Assembly (NCBI GenBank): GCA_043228905.1
Contig: JBHGNT010000010.1
Coordinates: 15,562,001 to 15,626,000, forward strand
DNA length: 64,000 bases
Source: Azolla caroliniana
Taxonomy: Eukaryota; Plantae; Polypodiophyta
Reading direction: 5' to 3'
A program made the translations under genes and the position numbers. The notes under the pieces are model-generated. The model had not been told where the DNA came from, did no database searches, and saw only the letters and a list, made by a program, of their open reading frames with translations. This document shows positions 1 to 12,562 of the stretch, piece by piece. How positions within the stretch are numbered: position 1 is the stretch's first letter; each line of letters opens with the position of its first letter.

Positions 1-299
1 GGGCCATTATATACCCATATTCGACATATACATACACCAAACAAAATAATGTGATACCAAAAAGCAAAGAATCAAGAAATCACAAAAGTTTCATGTGGCA
101 TGATGAATGAGTGAAAGCAATGTACTTAGGATTTTATTTATTTATTTTTAGCTTCGGATTGTGGTTTACTCAATGCAATCCTAATCGCGGAAGCACACAT
201 GACCTTGATTCCACATGAACAAACCTTCACACATTTTGTCCTCGTGTGTTTGTTTAGGTCAATGGGATTCATTGGATATTACAACATGGAAAGGCATCA

Positions 300-2100
300 A
301 GAAATTTGTCAAATATGGCAACATCCAACTATGCCATATCTACTAGAGATCATCGACAAGAAGGCTTTACATTTGTGAGAGGTAAAGCCTTCTTGATCAC
401 TTTGACTTTGTCAAGATTCATAACAATATGTCTCCTCAATGATATCTTAAATGTGCGTTTGGCGACATTCAGGTCTTGTATCGAGTGGAGTAAATGGTTG
501 TTTGGGAAAACTTGCGTAAATACATATATGAAAGGTTCAAAGATTTCGATGATACTCTTTCTGGAACATGGTCTGAATGGTCATTTATCAAAACAACATG
601 ACCATGGCCACCAACACACCCTTTTTGGTGACAGGTCAAGGATCCTCCATTGATCACAAGTTTACTTCCTCTATATTTAATTTCCTACACTCATTAAGAC
701 ACCCGTGTGACTTGGGATCCAACACATTTAGTCATGCTTTGGTATGTTTGGCAATGACGTCACTACTCAGCATGAGTTCGGCAAAAGAGTTGGCCACTTT
801 GCAAGGGCTAATTTGTGGGTTTGTTGGTGGGGTAACATGGTGAGCAAGTGCTGAAATTGGGTCTCCACTTGATGCGTCTCAATCTTAAATTGGGGTGTTT
901 GGACCAAGTATGCTTGGTTATCCCTACCCACCATGCCATCTAGGCACATGTTGATTCTTGTAGTGTGCCACGGAAAAAGAGAGCACTCAGTGTTGCCAAT
1001 CATGTTTGACTTTGCCCACGTTCTGCACCAAGGGATGATCTATGAGGAGTTGTGGCTAGTAGGCATTAGACTTGGTCAAGCGACAGATGACCAAAACAAA
1101 AACCTGGACTAGGTTTCTATGGGCATGGACTACCATATCTTTGATTAGGCCAAGTGGTTCTGTGAGCAAAATTTTTCCACGCAAATGCGGAGAAGGGAAA
1201 CATCGGTAGGCATGCTCTCGTTGATGGTATTGGCACTGGATTCATTGTTGATGACAGCTCCCGACATGTCAAATGCATTGATACAAAGGGTCAAAATCGG
1301 GGAGTGTTGCTTGTCCAAGTTAACCGGAGAGCTGGTGGTGGGTGAGGTTCGTGAAGACCACCCCACACGGTCGGACACTTCATTTGTGGCAGTCCTAATG
1401 TGGTCGAGAGACAGGGTGACACCCATCAAGCTCTAGTTTAGTTGTGTACGAAAACCAAGCAATATATAAGGCATAGTAGACTATTACGAGGGAGTGTCAT
1501 CTCATTGCCTTGGAAGGTGAGCCAAATGTCATTTGGCACTATTGGAGGAGCCTGACAAAGTTCAATAATGTGGTACTTAACAACAACATTGTTGACGTCC
1601 ATGCAAGAAAGCCTTGTTGATGTTGGTCTCTTGGACCCATGTTTGGGTTTGATGTCATACACTCCTTTTGAATAGCACAATGTTGTGGCTCATTGTCTAT
1701 TGTCTAATGTGTACATGTAGCTAGAAATTGGCAACAATGGCCCTAATGATGTTTGTAGCCGAGAATTTTCCTTTGGTGTCGGCTTATGCAACAAACATTT
1801 ATTGTTGAAGTGGCCACACAACTGCAAATGAAGCACCATCTCTATTTGGGGGGCATGAGGTCCTAAGGTGTTGGTTGCAAATGAGGTTGCCAAGGGCCAC
1901 GTAGGGTGATGGTGTGATTGATCATCTTGAGGCAATGTTGGGTGGACGTACTAATCTATTATTGGTGAGGACGGTATTGACAATCTAATATTTGTGGTAG
2001 TTACAACAATTGCAATTGTCCTTTCGTCTCTCTTAGCTCAACGTTAGCATTGATCAGAATGATATCCTCATATTTTGCGGACATTGCATCCACCCTAACC
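300..2100 (-). mobile_element. Heavily degenerate Ty3/Gypsy internal remnant (gag zinc knuckle, protease, RT fragments)
   Basis: Minus-strand fragments include a WCFIC..GHFNNKC knuckle-like stretch split across frames (~1800-1840), INGGS resembling a protease core (~650) and MNLDKVKVIKKALPLTNVK resembling the RT thumb (~370-420). Many stops and frameshifts; boundaries approximate. Confidence 0.45.
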
Positions 2101-2341
2101 AATGAATGATATGCTAGATTAGTGGCATACTAAATTGCTCATTGGTATCCAAGTATCTAATATGTTGTATAAAGGCAAAGAGTATGTATTATGCTTTAGC
2201 ATGTAGATGCCATGTTTTAATATACATTTTCATTAAGGTTATGAACTTTCACTATACTTGTAGGTAAAACCTTTTATTTTTTGTATGCAACATATTGGGG
2301 CACAAAACCCACTTAAAATTTAAAGGAAGCCCTTGATTGTC

Positions 2342-2474
2342 TAGGGTTTAGGGTTTAGGGTGTGGTAGTCAAGAATAGGATCCAAGGCCATTAGGAAACC
2401 CTAAACCCTAAACCCCATGGAAAACTTGAAGTGGGTGTGGTAGTCAAGAATAGGATCCAAGGCCATTAGGAAAC
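2342..2474. repeat. Short inverted plant telomere-type repeats bracketing one copy of a 42-bp direct repeat
   Basis: TAGGGTTTAGGGTTTAGGG (2342-2360) and AAACCCTAAACCCTAAACCC (2396-2415). The 42-mer GGGTGTGGTAGTCAAGAATAGGATCCAAGGCCATTAGGAAAC occurs at 2358-2399 and 2433-2474. Confidence 0.85.
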
Positions 2475-3185
2475 TCGAATGAAGTCATTTTAAATGGAAC
2501 ACAAATAGGAGTTGATTTGTAGGTCCTAATAAAAGGAAGTGCCCATAGTTAGAAAATCTACTAGATTTGTAGGACCCAATAGAAAGAACTGCCCCATAGA
2601 GAATCTAGTTTTGCTAATTACAAAGTTAATTTCTCTATAAATAGAAAGCAACCTTATCAAATGACAGTATTTGATTACTAATCGCGCTCTAATCAAACAA
2701 CCAACTTTCCTTAATAATAAGATTTAATTAATCATTGCTCTCCAATTAGAAAGAGAAGGAATTAGGATTATAATTAGAGAAGGCATAATGGTGAAGAAAC
2801 TCACAATGATTTTGAGTTTTTATTTACTGATTTCGAAATCGAATTAGGCAACCAAACTTTCAATCGAAGCAAGTAGAGGTACTAATTATCGGACATACAT
2901 AATCTTGGCTATCTTGTGTTTGATAATTAGTGTTCTTAATTATGGGCATTAATCCTTAATTTTCATGTGATTAGGGGCCTAAACCTTGATGAAGCATAGA
3001 TAAGTAGATTGTGAGAAATATAAGCATATGTTTTATATTTGTCATAATTCTGCTATTTCTTCCTTTCTCTACGAACCCCATCGCCTTCTCTTTCACCATC
3101 CTCTCAGAGTTTTGATCGAAACCCACATCCGGATTATGGGAAAGAAACCCTAATTCTTCATCGCCTGCCCCCCCCCCCAAAAGAA

Positions 3186-6100
3186 ATGGATTCTCTCCAC
3201 AGAGCCTCGCCTTTCCTTACCTTCATCCAATCTCGCCTTTATGCCATCAAAATAGTTACATTTTCCTTCTTTTCCCTCATTTTATCGATCGTTTTTCTCT
3301 GCAAATCGAAGAGCTCTCATGCTTGTCCATCGCCCGTGTTCAGATCAATCCAAGAAGAAGAAGAAGAAGAAGAAGAATGCGCTGTTTCTTCACGAAAACA
3401 GAAGAAGAAGAGAAAAAAGTTGTACTTTTTATTCAGAAACAGAGCTTTTAATTCGCACAGAAGGGTTTTGGCTCATAATCTGAGGACTTTTAATAAGGAT
3501 TCTAAATTGAATGAGAGATTTTCGTCTATTTGGGAAAATCAGCTTTTTTTGAACTCTAGAAGTCAGACACTTTTCACTCAATCTTGGATTCCTTCAAATG
3601 GGAGTAATGATATGAAGTAAGTTCACTTCTTTCGATTTCTAATTACATTGTTTTTTGTTTTTATGGACATACTACATAAATGTATGTGCATACAGAGTTA
3701 TATGCATGTATCTAATTGATACACACATGTATGTATGTATTTACCTGTGTACGTATGCATGTATTTATGTATGTACACAGGTATATATGCATGTATGTAT
3801 CTAATATATGCGCACATGTGTGCATGCATGTATGTTCGCACATGCATGCATGTTCTTTGTTTTCACGTATCATATCATATAACTTGTTCCTAAAAATACG
3901 AATTTACTGAAAGGTGGTAATCCTTTGTTCAGAGAAACAATATGCAGTAATTTGTAATGCTATTATTTTTTATTATACTGTTTTCTTGTTGTATAATCTT
4001 TTGGTTGCATTGTTTTATACATTTTGTTCGTCAAATTTACGAAAAGTGTGCAAAAAGAGACAAAAGATAATAAATCCCTTCATTCAAGTTTGTTGAAATA
4101 TTTTATTAGTGTACATCCCAAATATTTGAAGGTTTATAATTGAGATATATGTTTTGTTGTTTGATTCATATTATTTTAATGTTGGGATTCTGAGATGATT
4201 GTTGTTTTTACTAAAAGGTAATAAACCTTCATCTAGATTTGTTGGGAGAAACATAATGAAGCTACTAAGTATTAATATAATATAATATTCTTTACGAGAA
4301 GTTTCAATATTTTAGAATATCTTATTTTACTTCTTTTGTTTCTTGTGTCAGTATTCGAATTTCAGATAGAAGCATGCAAGAAAATATCTACTAATTTCCC
4401 ACAGATTTTAGATTATGGTGTAATAATTTTAAATAATATGAAGGTCTAATATGCAGTTCTCTGGTTATGGTATTGTTTTTGGTATATCAGGTTGTTTGTG
4501 TTGTTTGGATATGTTGGTTTCAGAATTTACAATACAAAGTGTTGTATAGTATTTGTATAGTAATGAAGAACTTTAATATATACTAAACATGTACAAACCT
4601 TCATCTAGACTTTCTAGGAGAAAATGAAATTTGGACAATGAATAGCAATTGTTTTGATAAACGTGTGTTATTCATATTCACGTTTGATAAGAAAGGAATA
4701 AATGTGCTGTGTATGTGAATGTATTCTCAATATCAAAATTAAAAGTAAAAGCAAAATCAAATAAGAAAGGGATAATTAACATAATACCCAAGAGTAACTG
4801 TCTTTGTTTTAGACAGCTCCCAAGAACCTCTTGATATACGATGAGTAAAAGAAAAATTGTAATTCTCATAACTGGAATATGTCCAATGTGATTACCTATG
4901 AATGTATGTAAGATAAGTAGAAATGGTTGTTTCCTGAATTTTTTGTTGATAAAATTTTCAATTCTTTTGTTGATCTAATCAACAAAATGGTTAAACTTCA
5001 AGAATTTTCTTTATTGATCTAAGGTTGGTTTTCTTGTGCAGGGGGATCTTGGTACTCCTACATGGTCTAAATGAGCATAGGTATGTTGAACCTGATGCTC
5101 TGCCTTCCCTTTAGTTTTTAGATATGAATGTCTTGTTATACTTGATATTTTGGCCCCTTAAAATTTATAAAGAAGATCAAAATTCAAAAGACTTTGTAGT
5201 TTGGTAGGTATACTTGATTAACAGTCTGTCAAAATTGTTCCCAAGTATCATGTAATAATGTCTGGGTTCTTAATCGCATGAAAATTGAGGATTAAGCATA
5301 CAGTTTAGGAGAATAATATGCAACAGGGGGGTTTAGGCACATCACTTAAAATATCCTAAACTCTTGAATGTAATTTTGACAAAATAAGTTTAGGAGCATA
5401 CAGTTTAGGAGAATAATATGCAACAGGGGGGTTTAGAGTAATCATAATCAAGGATGTTATTCTAGGTCCTAGCTGAAGCTACTTATTCGCAATTAACTTT
5501 CTAATCTGGAGTAAAATTAAGAAAAGGACCTTCAAAATTTTCTCAAATACGACATGCTTTTTCTAATTAGGATCAGAGTGAGGAAATTAAGCTTCTATTA
5601 TGGCTGGTTAAGAAAAACACGCCTTCTATTTAGAGATCAATTGGTAATTAAGTCATTGTAATTAAAATGAAATCCTAATGACAATAAACGAATAATCTTC
5701 ATACCATCACAGAAACTGTGTACTTGAATATGGATCCTTGGTCATGTATAAGTAATGGTCTGTATTTATGACCTTTACAAATAAGAAAGCATAATAATCA
5801 GTAACATTAAAAAGACTTGTATTGATGTAGATCTTGATGTCCGATTGAATTGTACAATAAAATGCAGAGACATGTTTTATATTATGTACAAACATATTTA
5901 CTTAACATAATTATGTGTGAGCTAATTGCTCATTGTATAGAAATTTTTACAGAAACATAAATGGATATCTGTCAATCAATATATAAGATGTATGTATTGA
6001 CAATATTGTCTACATTCATGAGATTACGTGAGCTTTTTCAAAACCCTTAAATTTGTTCAAATCCAAAAAAATTCATTTCCTTGATTCTGGTTTTCATTTT

Positions 6101-8067
6101 TTTCTGGATTATTTCTCACATGATCTGTAATGCTGGTATAATAATAAAAAAACAGTGGTAGGTATGTCCAATTTGCTCTGCAATTGAATTCTCAAGGCTA
6201 TGGAGTCTATGCGATGGATTGGATTGGTTAGTTTCTTATTTCAATTTCTATTTGGTATATTGTATTTTCAAATTCTAGCTCCTGGGTTTATTTACACAAT
6301 CAGGATTTTAGGTACTTCATGGATAGAAAGCTTTGTGATACATTTTATTTTGTTTTCTTTTTTTCTCGTTGCCATTTTTCAATGCATTTTTGACACTAGT
6401 TTAACTTGTTTCCTGATGCCAAGGATTAATCATCATCATCATGGTCATTTAATTATAAATTATGCTTTTCTTTCATGCCAATGGACGAACCTTTTTTCCC
6501 ACCCTCATAAACTATACAAGATTATGCACATTATATAATTAACATGCATGTTGATTAGTGATTCTCGAAGAGTTGTTAATGTGAGTAAATACATAGATGT
6601 GTTTCTACTTATTTTGTTTTTCCCTAACAGGGCATGGAGGCAGTGATGGCTTACATGGTTACGTTTCATCTCTAGATCATGTTGTGGCCGATACAATAGC
6701 CTTTCTTCACTGGGTTTATGAGAAGCATCCTCGCATTCCATGTTTTCTCTTTGGTCATTCCACAGGTGGAGCGGTAGCGTTGAAGGTTGGGCATAGCTTG
6801 ATATTTCCTAATGTAATAGCTTCATATGTCATCCAATTATATTTGAAAATCCTCATTGGAATCATTAATGGTGCCATTTTTGGCAACCAAGGTAGAGATA
6901 AGAGTCTACTAAGATTCTATATTTTCGATTCTTTGGTTATAGTAGGGACAAAACATACATGCCCATAACTCTTAATAAATTACAAGAATACTCCTATAGT
7001 AGTGAGGCTTGTCCTACAAAGGTGTATTTTGGTATTGTTTGCAACTTAAGAGGTGTATTCTGGTAAACACCCAACAAGTTGGTGGTATTTTGGTGTGGAT
7101 TTTCTCTTTTCATACAATTTTGAGAATGGTGGTGAATCATCCATGCATTTGTACATGCAGGCGGCCTCTTATCCTTCAGTGGAAATGATTTTGCAAGGGA
7201 TTATTTTGACATCTCCAGCATTGCGCGTGCGGCCAACACATCCAATATTCAAGGTTCTCCATTCCATTCCTTACAAATTCACCCATCATGTTTGTATGCG
7301 AGATAGTGCAATCCTTAATCGATTGGCAATATATTAAGGAAATAACTATTTTGACCAAAGAAAGTTCTGTTAATTTTGAGACAGTTATAATCGCCAAAAC
7401 AATGCCCTGTACGTCGTTTTGGGATATTCACCAGAATGTTGGAAGTCATTTAAGACAAGTACACCCCCCTATATAGTAGTAAATGTTGTAGCACATGGGG
7501 GTATTTTGGTAAAGTCCTGTTATTAGAGGGTTTTTTCTTCTCAAAATAAAAAGGCATTCTTTATTTTATTTCTCTATCGTATAAAAGCAATTTCAGGTGA
7601 TTTTTCTTATTTTATAAAGGGTCTTCGCAAATTTTAGAATTCCTTATCATTTCTTCCAGGTTCTTGCTCCAGTGTTCTCTGTTTTGATTCCAACCCTCCA
7701 ATTCAAGGGTGCAAACAAGAGAGGTATACCAGTGTCAAGAGATCCCCAACAACTTCAAGCGAAATATTCCGATCCCCTCGTGTACACTGGGCCTCTCCGT
7801 GTACGAACGGGATTTGAGATCCTAAGAATAACTTCATATCTTCAAAGAAACCTTAAAAGCATTACCGTTCCTTTCTTAGTGATGCACGGCACTGCAGACC
7901 TAGTAACTGATCCATTTGCATCGCAAGATCTTTACTGGCATGCATCATCGGAGCACAAGAGCTTAAAACTTTATGATGGATATCTTCATGATTTGCTATT
8001 TGAACCCGAACGGGAGCAAATCACACAAGACATTATCAAATGGATGGATCATATGCTAAATGTCTAA
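3186..8067 (+). CDS. Monoacylglycerol lipase-like alpha/beta hydrolase (MAGL/lysophospholipase family), 6 exons, ~398 aa
   Basis: Exons 3186-3616, 5042-5080, 6156-6226, 6631-6785, 7161-7253, 7660-8067 have GT-AG junctions and join in frame (1197 nt). Motifs: LFTQSW, LLHGLNEHSGRY, MDWIGHGGSDG, GHSTGG (nucleophile), HGTAD, GYLHDLLFEPE. N-terminal hydrophobic segment. Confidence 0.92.
5295..5436. repeat. Perfect 42-bp direct repeat in MAGL intron 2
   Basis: AGCATACAGTTTAGGAGAATAATATGCAACAGGGGGGTTTAG at 5295-5336 and 5395-5436. Confidence 0.85.
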
Positions 8068-8665
8068 ATGGGGAAAGCAATTTGGTTTGCTTTTGAAGCT
8101 CACCTTGATTAAGCGAAAAATATTTCAAGGTAGGTAGTTCAGTTTATACACTCCATGCGTTGAAAAGGTAGCGCAAGCTCCTAACCAAAACCCCACACTT
8201 CTGACATAATTATATTTTTGAGCCATTTGGTTATATATCGGAATCATTGAAGTGTACATGGGAATTGTACAGATCCCTAAGGGAAACCAAGTGTCTAAGC
8301 ATTTTATAGGGTGTGACATTTCTCAAAGGAAAAGCGTGAGTGTCTCAATAATGTATAGGTGTGCTTGAACTATTATTTCAGTTAGTATCATGTATAGAGA
8401 GAAATTGCCTTGTAAAGAGAAATGTAATGATACTGCTGGAGCAAATGCTCCATGTTTATCCTATTAAAACAACTTGAATCTCTAAAGTGCATAGTATTAT
8501 ACAAAATTGAGGCCCTTATATAATTGGTGAGTTCCATAAAACATGGATTGAAGGATACTTCTTCATGTGTAACTAAATTATTTTCTTTAGCTATTAGTGG
8601 AATGTTGCTATTTTAGCTTTTTGAGTTACGAAAACCATATTATACTTTTGCAAAGTGTATTGTTG

Positions 8666-8668
<3 letters not shown>

Positions 8669-8711
<43 letters not shown>

Positions 8712-9057
8712 AAAACCATATTCTTCGCCAAACAAGGAAACCACATAGTGATACTCACTTTGATGCTAGACGAGGCATTGGAGCACAAGTGATGAGACTA
8801 GTTGACTTTGCATTTTTCCCTAAACAAGTTTCGGAGTTTGAGTATCACACTTAAATATAATGCTTAGTTTTTTAACAATGCTTCCCACACACCTTTGACA
8901 AACCCAATCCTTCCATGAATTTCTCTTACAGTCATAATGTGAACTCTCAATTGCAACACTCATTAGTAAAATTCTTGAAAATCGAGAGTCAATACTCACT
9001 TTCACATGTATTACATGAAAACATTATATTTTTGTCTCATAGGTCATCTTTGACCTC
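8669..9057 (+). mobile_element. RTE-like LINE 3' fragment adjoining a (CT)n microsatellite
   Basis: (CT)n at 8669-8708, followed by sequence homologous to the reverse complement of ~20640-21000 (shared PKQ..EYHT remnant and 3' tail). Confidence 0.6.
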
Positions 9058-10979
9058 AAAAGATGATAATAAAATCTAGTTACCTCTCTTGATCTTGATA
9101 GCTTTGAAATTGGTTGGACATATCAAGGGTAGTTTGCAAAATGTAAAACCAAAAAATGTACTATAGAGAACTCTACGAGTGACTTGCATTAAAATGATTT
9201 CAAGTTAGTGGAGCAAATTAATGTTCAGAAATTTCTTTCAATGAGTTGACGAGAAGTTATGAGTCTTAGGATGAAACCTTCCAAGCTCCTTGTAAATCAA
9301 GTGTGTAATTCTTTTCTATATTTTAATAAGTTCAAAAACCAAGAATGACATTGGAATTGTGAATTGGAAGCCAAATTTAACCACAAATTTTGGATTATCT
9401 TTTTGACGTTTGATCTTATTAATTAGTTTGTAGTGAAGTGGTTCAAAATGCTCAAAAGTTACCGTTATATTATTTCAATATACATTCATATGAACATAGA
9501 GTAAACGTCGCATATACAATACATAGAGCTATCCTAGCGATAGTACTCAAACGATCCCCGAGTATCTAACTCTCTATGAGCAACCCAAGAAAATGAAATA
9601 TATAGATCATTAAAAGATAACACTTCTTCATCAAAAGGGTGGAAAAACATGGATATAGTTCATGTTATAAAACTTGAACCAAGGCAAAAACCTAATAGAC
9701 TTAGCGGTTCAAAGGGGTTAGGTTACAAAGTTGAAGGATGAGCTTATGAATAGAGGTTTGCCCAATTGAGTTAATATGTGCTAGTGTGGTTCGGAACAAC
9801 TCTAACATGTGTTTTGAATGGGGATATTTACTTATAGAGACATTATACTCATTTAATTTGTCACCACAAAGGGATATGTATTTGAGTAGAGAAACAATAT
9901 ACTCATCCACGTGTAACTACTCGTCTCTCCAACAAGGAAGTTTAAGAAAAAACACCTACGAAAAAGAAGATAGTGTACTTGTAATTCTTATATAATGGAA
10001 TAATAATGACTTCAAGTCTTGGTTTCGAAGTACCTCTACTCATATACAATAGTGTACTTCACATTGGGGGATGGCATCCCTTTGTTTGATGTATATTCTC
10101 CAACCTACATCTTACCAAGGTATCTACTTAAGGGATATTGTAAGGCCATTGTGCTCATTGCATGTCCTGACTTATGCCTTATCCTTTGATGGCCATTTCA
10201 ACCTTGTCCCCTCTACCATTGCCCAAACACTTTTGTTGTTCTACTAAGGCAATTGGGGTTAATACAAGAAAGGTGCAAAGAAAAATAAGTATAATTGTTA
10301 AGTCATCAAAGCTAAACCATCAAGGAAGACAAGCAATGTGGAAGCTGACAAAGGCAAGAAATATAAGTAAGCAACAAGATGGTGACATTGAAAAAGAACC
10401 ATTTTGTCTTCTAAGGAATTTCAAAAGATCCAAATTTGCATGGGAGACATTTTCAATATTGGTGGAATGTGGCAACACCAAGAAGAGGAAACATGGTCAT
10501 ACCGAAAATAGAAGGTGAAACGACATTTTCTTATTAGCTTATTCACTAAGGAAGCCATGAAATGGCAGTCAAAATTCATGCACCTCAGCTTGCTACCTAT
10601 GACGACTTCACTTAAGACCTTTCTTCAATTATACAATGTGGTGGAAAGCACAAATATTGTCAATACACCATTATGTTTATATATTTTAATAAGCGTTTTA
10701 AGTTGTGGGGACATTCAAACTCTTGAAGGGTTAAGAAGACAAACCGATTTATTGTGACATTTGCACTAAGCATGAGTCTAGGTACACTTGCACTAGGCAT
10801 GAGTCTAGGACATGGTTATTTTGTCATTTTGTTCCAATCTTGGATAAACATTGCACACTAAGAGACCTAAACAAATGAAGGCAATTTTTTAGGTTGTAAA
10901 GCCTAATTTGAACCCCACACAATTAGCTATGTCTCTGCCATGGGTCATTTGTTGTTTCTGCACATGCTTATGTTACATC

Positions 10980-11504
10980 TAGCAATGGGCTAGGTTTCAG
11001 CTCAAACTAAACCGAACCGTTAAGCCATGGTTTAACGGTTTATTCATTCCCAAAAAATTTAATGGTTTGGTTTGGTTTGGATTTTCGATAAACGGTTCGG
11101 TTTCGGTTCTAAAACTCAGGTTTATAGGTTTTTTGGCTAGCTTTTTTTTTACCTTAATAGATTATTGATTTAATTAATTTAACTTAAATGTTTATTTTAT
11201 TTAATGGTTCAAGTAAAGTTTCTTTTATTTATTTAATAAATTTAACTTAAATGTTTATTTAATTTAATGTATTTTTGTTTATTTACATGTTTAATTAGTT
11301 TGATTTAAGTGGTTAGGTTTAAATTTTCTATTAAATGGTTCGGTTTGGTTTCAACTATTTCGTAAATGGTTTGGTTTAAATATTGAGAGTTTATAAACGG
11401 TTTGGTTTGGTTTTTGTTTTAAATAAACGGTCCGGGTTCGATTTCAATTCAGTTTCTTTGCCTTGAAACCGAAATGAAACATAACCGAACAGTGCCCATC
11501 GCTA
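10980..11504. mobile_element. hAT-type MITE (525 bp)
   Basis: TIRs TAGCAATGGGC / GCCCATCGCTA. 8-bp TSD GTTACATC (10972-10979) / GTTACATT (11505-11512). Many subterminal AAACCG/CGGTTT motifs and an AT-rich core. Confidence 0.85.
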
Positions 11505-12562
11505 GTTACATTTCTAAAAAATGTAGCCAAGAAACAAACAAGCACGTGAGATTATCATTTCTAAAATAATGTATTACTACACTCATAAAGAATGTATATC
11601 CATGGAACATCATACATATTGTCATTTAGATGAAAAAAACAGCAGAACAAAAACTAAAGATTACAAGGTATCAAAGTGACATTTTAATCAAGCAATACAC
11701 CAAAATACATAAGAGCATTCCATGAATAAACCAAAAAAATGGCCAAAAAGGTTACCAAGTGTATGGGTAAACATGTGTAATGATTTTAAAACTTACGATG
11801 TTTATTCAAGGCAAAACAACTCATCAAGATGATAGGAAAGATAAAGCTTACCAAATAATGTATTTGAAGAGTGTAATGGGTTATTAAAAACTATGTTTTT
11901 AACACAAGGTTACCATGCTAAAAACAATAGTAATTTACCTCCATGTACAACAAATGATTCATTCAATTTTATGATCGTCTCCCTCTTGATCCTTTTACTT
12001 TTAAAATTGCTCAAAATTACCTATGATAATTTTACCTCTTAAACATTACTAAAATCCTTGAGTTCATATTATTCTCGATGTCAAGTAGATTAGATACTCG
12101 AGCTGGAAGATGTTCCTAAGAAATGTTCATAGCATCAAAGATTTCTCTCTTATGATATTCAAAAGTTTCCTGTACTCTTAAGGAGCTTCTATGAAAGGCA
12201 AAACAAGATATTATGGAGTTTGAGACAAAAATAGAGCTTCAATGATAGGCATGATTTTGTAGAAAATGTAGTAAGACAATGTTTCTTTACCAGAAGGATT
12301 GTTAATAATTTGAAACCTTTAATGCAGGGAGATTTAAGAGTTCATAAGGTAATGGACTCACATATCAAACATTTTCATTATTGATTGGCCTGTTACAAAG
12401 AGAAATTATTTTACAACAATTTTCTTGCATTATTTACATACATTCATTGCCATATTGCTCCACAACACCCATAATTGCTCATGTATTGTACGCCTAATGC
12501 ACATTCATAATTTATAATAACCCAAGGTAAGCTATGCAAACCCGAACAGAAACTTTAAGTTC

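Noticed and set aside
9450-10760. Short ORFs downstream of MAGL
   Set aside because: No recognisable motifs or splice-consistent model. Probably decayed TE sequence that I cannot classify.
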